The notes under the pieces: generated by a model
Told to the model about the DNA's origin: nothing
Seen by the model: only the letters and a program-made list of their open reading frames with translations
The model's database searches: none
Source of the DNA: Prorocentrum cordatum
Taxonomy: Eukaryota
Assembly (NCBI GenBank): GCA_963575745.1
Contig: CAUYUJ010000001.1
Location: 3,286,001 to 3,350,000 of the forward strand
Reading direction: 5' to 3'
Length of the DNA: 64,000 nt
Made by a program: the position numbers and the translations under genes
Shown: positions 63,491 to 64,000 of the stretch, in pieces
Layout: every line of letters starts with the position of its first letter
Numbering within the stretch: the first letter of the stretch is position 1

Positions 63491-64000
63491 TGCGTCCGTA
63501 TTAGGAAATTCCTTTCTCCTCCTCCTCCTCCTCCTCCTCCTCCTCCTCCTCCCTCTCGCGACGACGACGCCGACGATCGGCCAACAAGGTCGTCGAGGTC
63601 CCTGGGGATTCCAGGGGCCCCCAGGCGCCCCAAGAACAGAGGATGAACAAACACATGCGCAAACATTACAAAACCACGAAACCCTGAATCATCGATCCTC
63701 GTCAACGACGACGAACCCTCGTCCTCCAGCATTCAGCCGTGGTACTCTGGCGGCGGCAGAAGGCAGAAGAAGCAGCAACAACGACAACAACACAATAATA
63801 TTAACAACGCTCTGAGAACATGCTTAACAATTCAGCCCAAGCTCGGTACACTCAGACTCGGCAAATCTCGGTCTCGGCTAAACTAGGTCGGTTTCCGATA
63901 TCCAATTTAAAAGAATGGAATGTCTATCAGTCTATCTGTCTTGCTGCCCGTTTATCGCTCCTTCCCCCTCCTCCTGTCCCTCTTGGCAGGCACTTGCGCC

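Overview
Repeat-dominated, GC-rich eukaryotic DNA. Inferred to be a dinoflagellate (Prorocentrum-like) from its repeat style and apparent GA/GT splice donors; this is not proven. Most listed ORFs are translations of microsatellites or interspersed repeats. Supportable content: (1) one plausible intron-containing gene of unknown function (18421-20532, +) and a weaker exon set at 4885-7073; (2) a decayed DDE transposase of the CACTA/EnSpm-Plavaka type (28265-29900, -); (3) a decayed ~7.2 kb tyrosine-recombinase (DIRS-order) retrotransposon bounded by ~200 bp direct repeats (33267-40509), with the unusual apparent order RT-RNaseH-methyltransferase, zinc-finger ORF, recombinase; (4) at least six copies of a non-autonomous element with asymmetric inverted repeats and a terminal GCGAAGC mini-hairpin, inserted at AATT/TT sites without duplication (Helentron/Helitron2-like), one nested in another; (5) MITEs with 8-bp and 5-bp target-site duplications, a 2.8 kb foldback-like element, a non-LTR endonuclease relic and an LTR primer-binding site; (6) many satellites and microsatellites. 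No rRNA, tRNA, CRISPR-Cas or spliced-leader sequence was recognised. All protein-family calls rest on motifs read by eye, without database searches.
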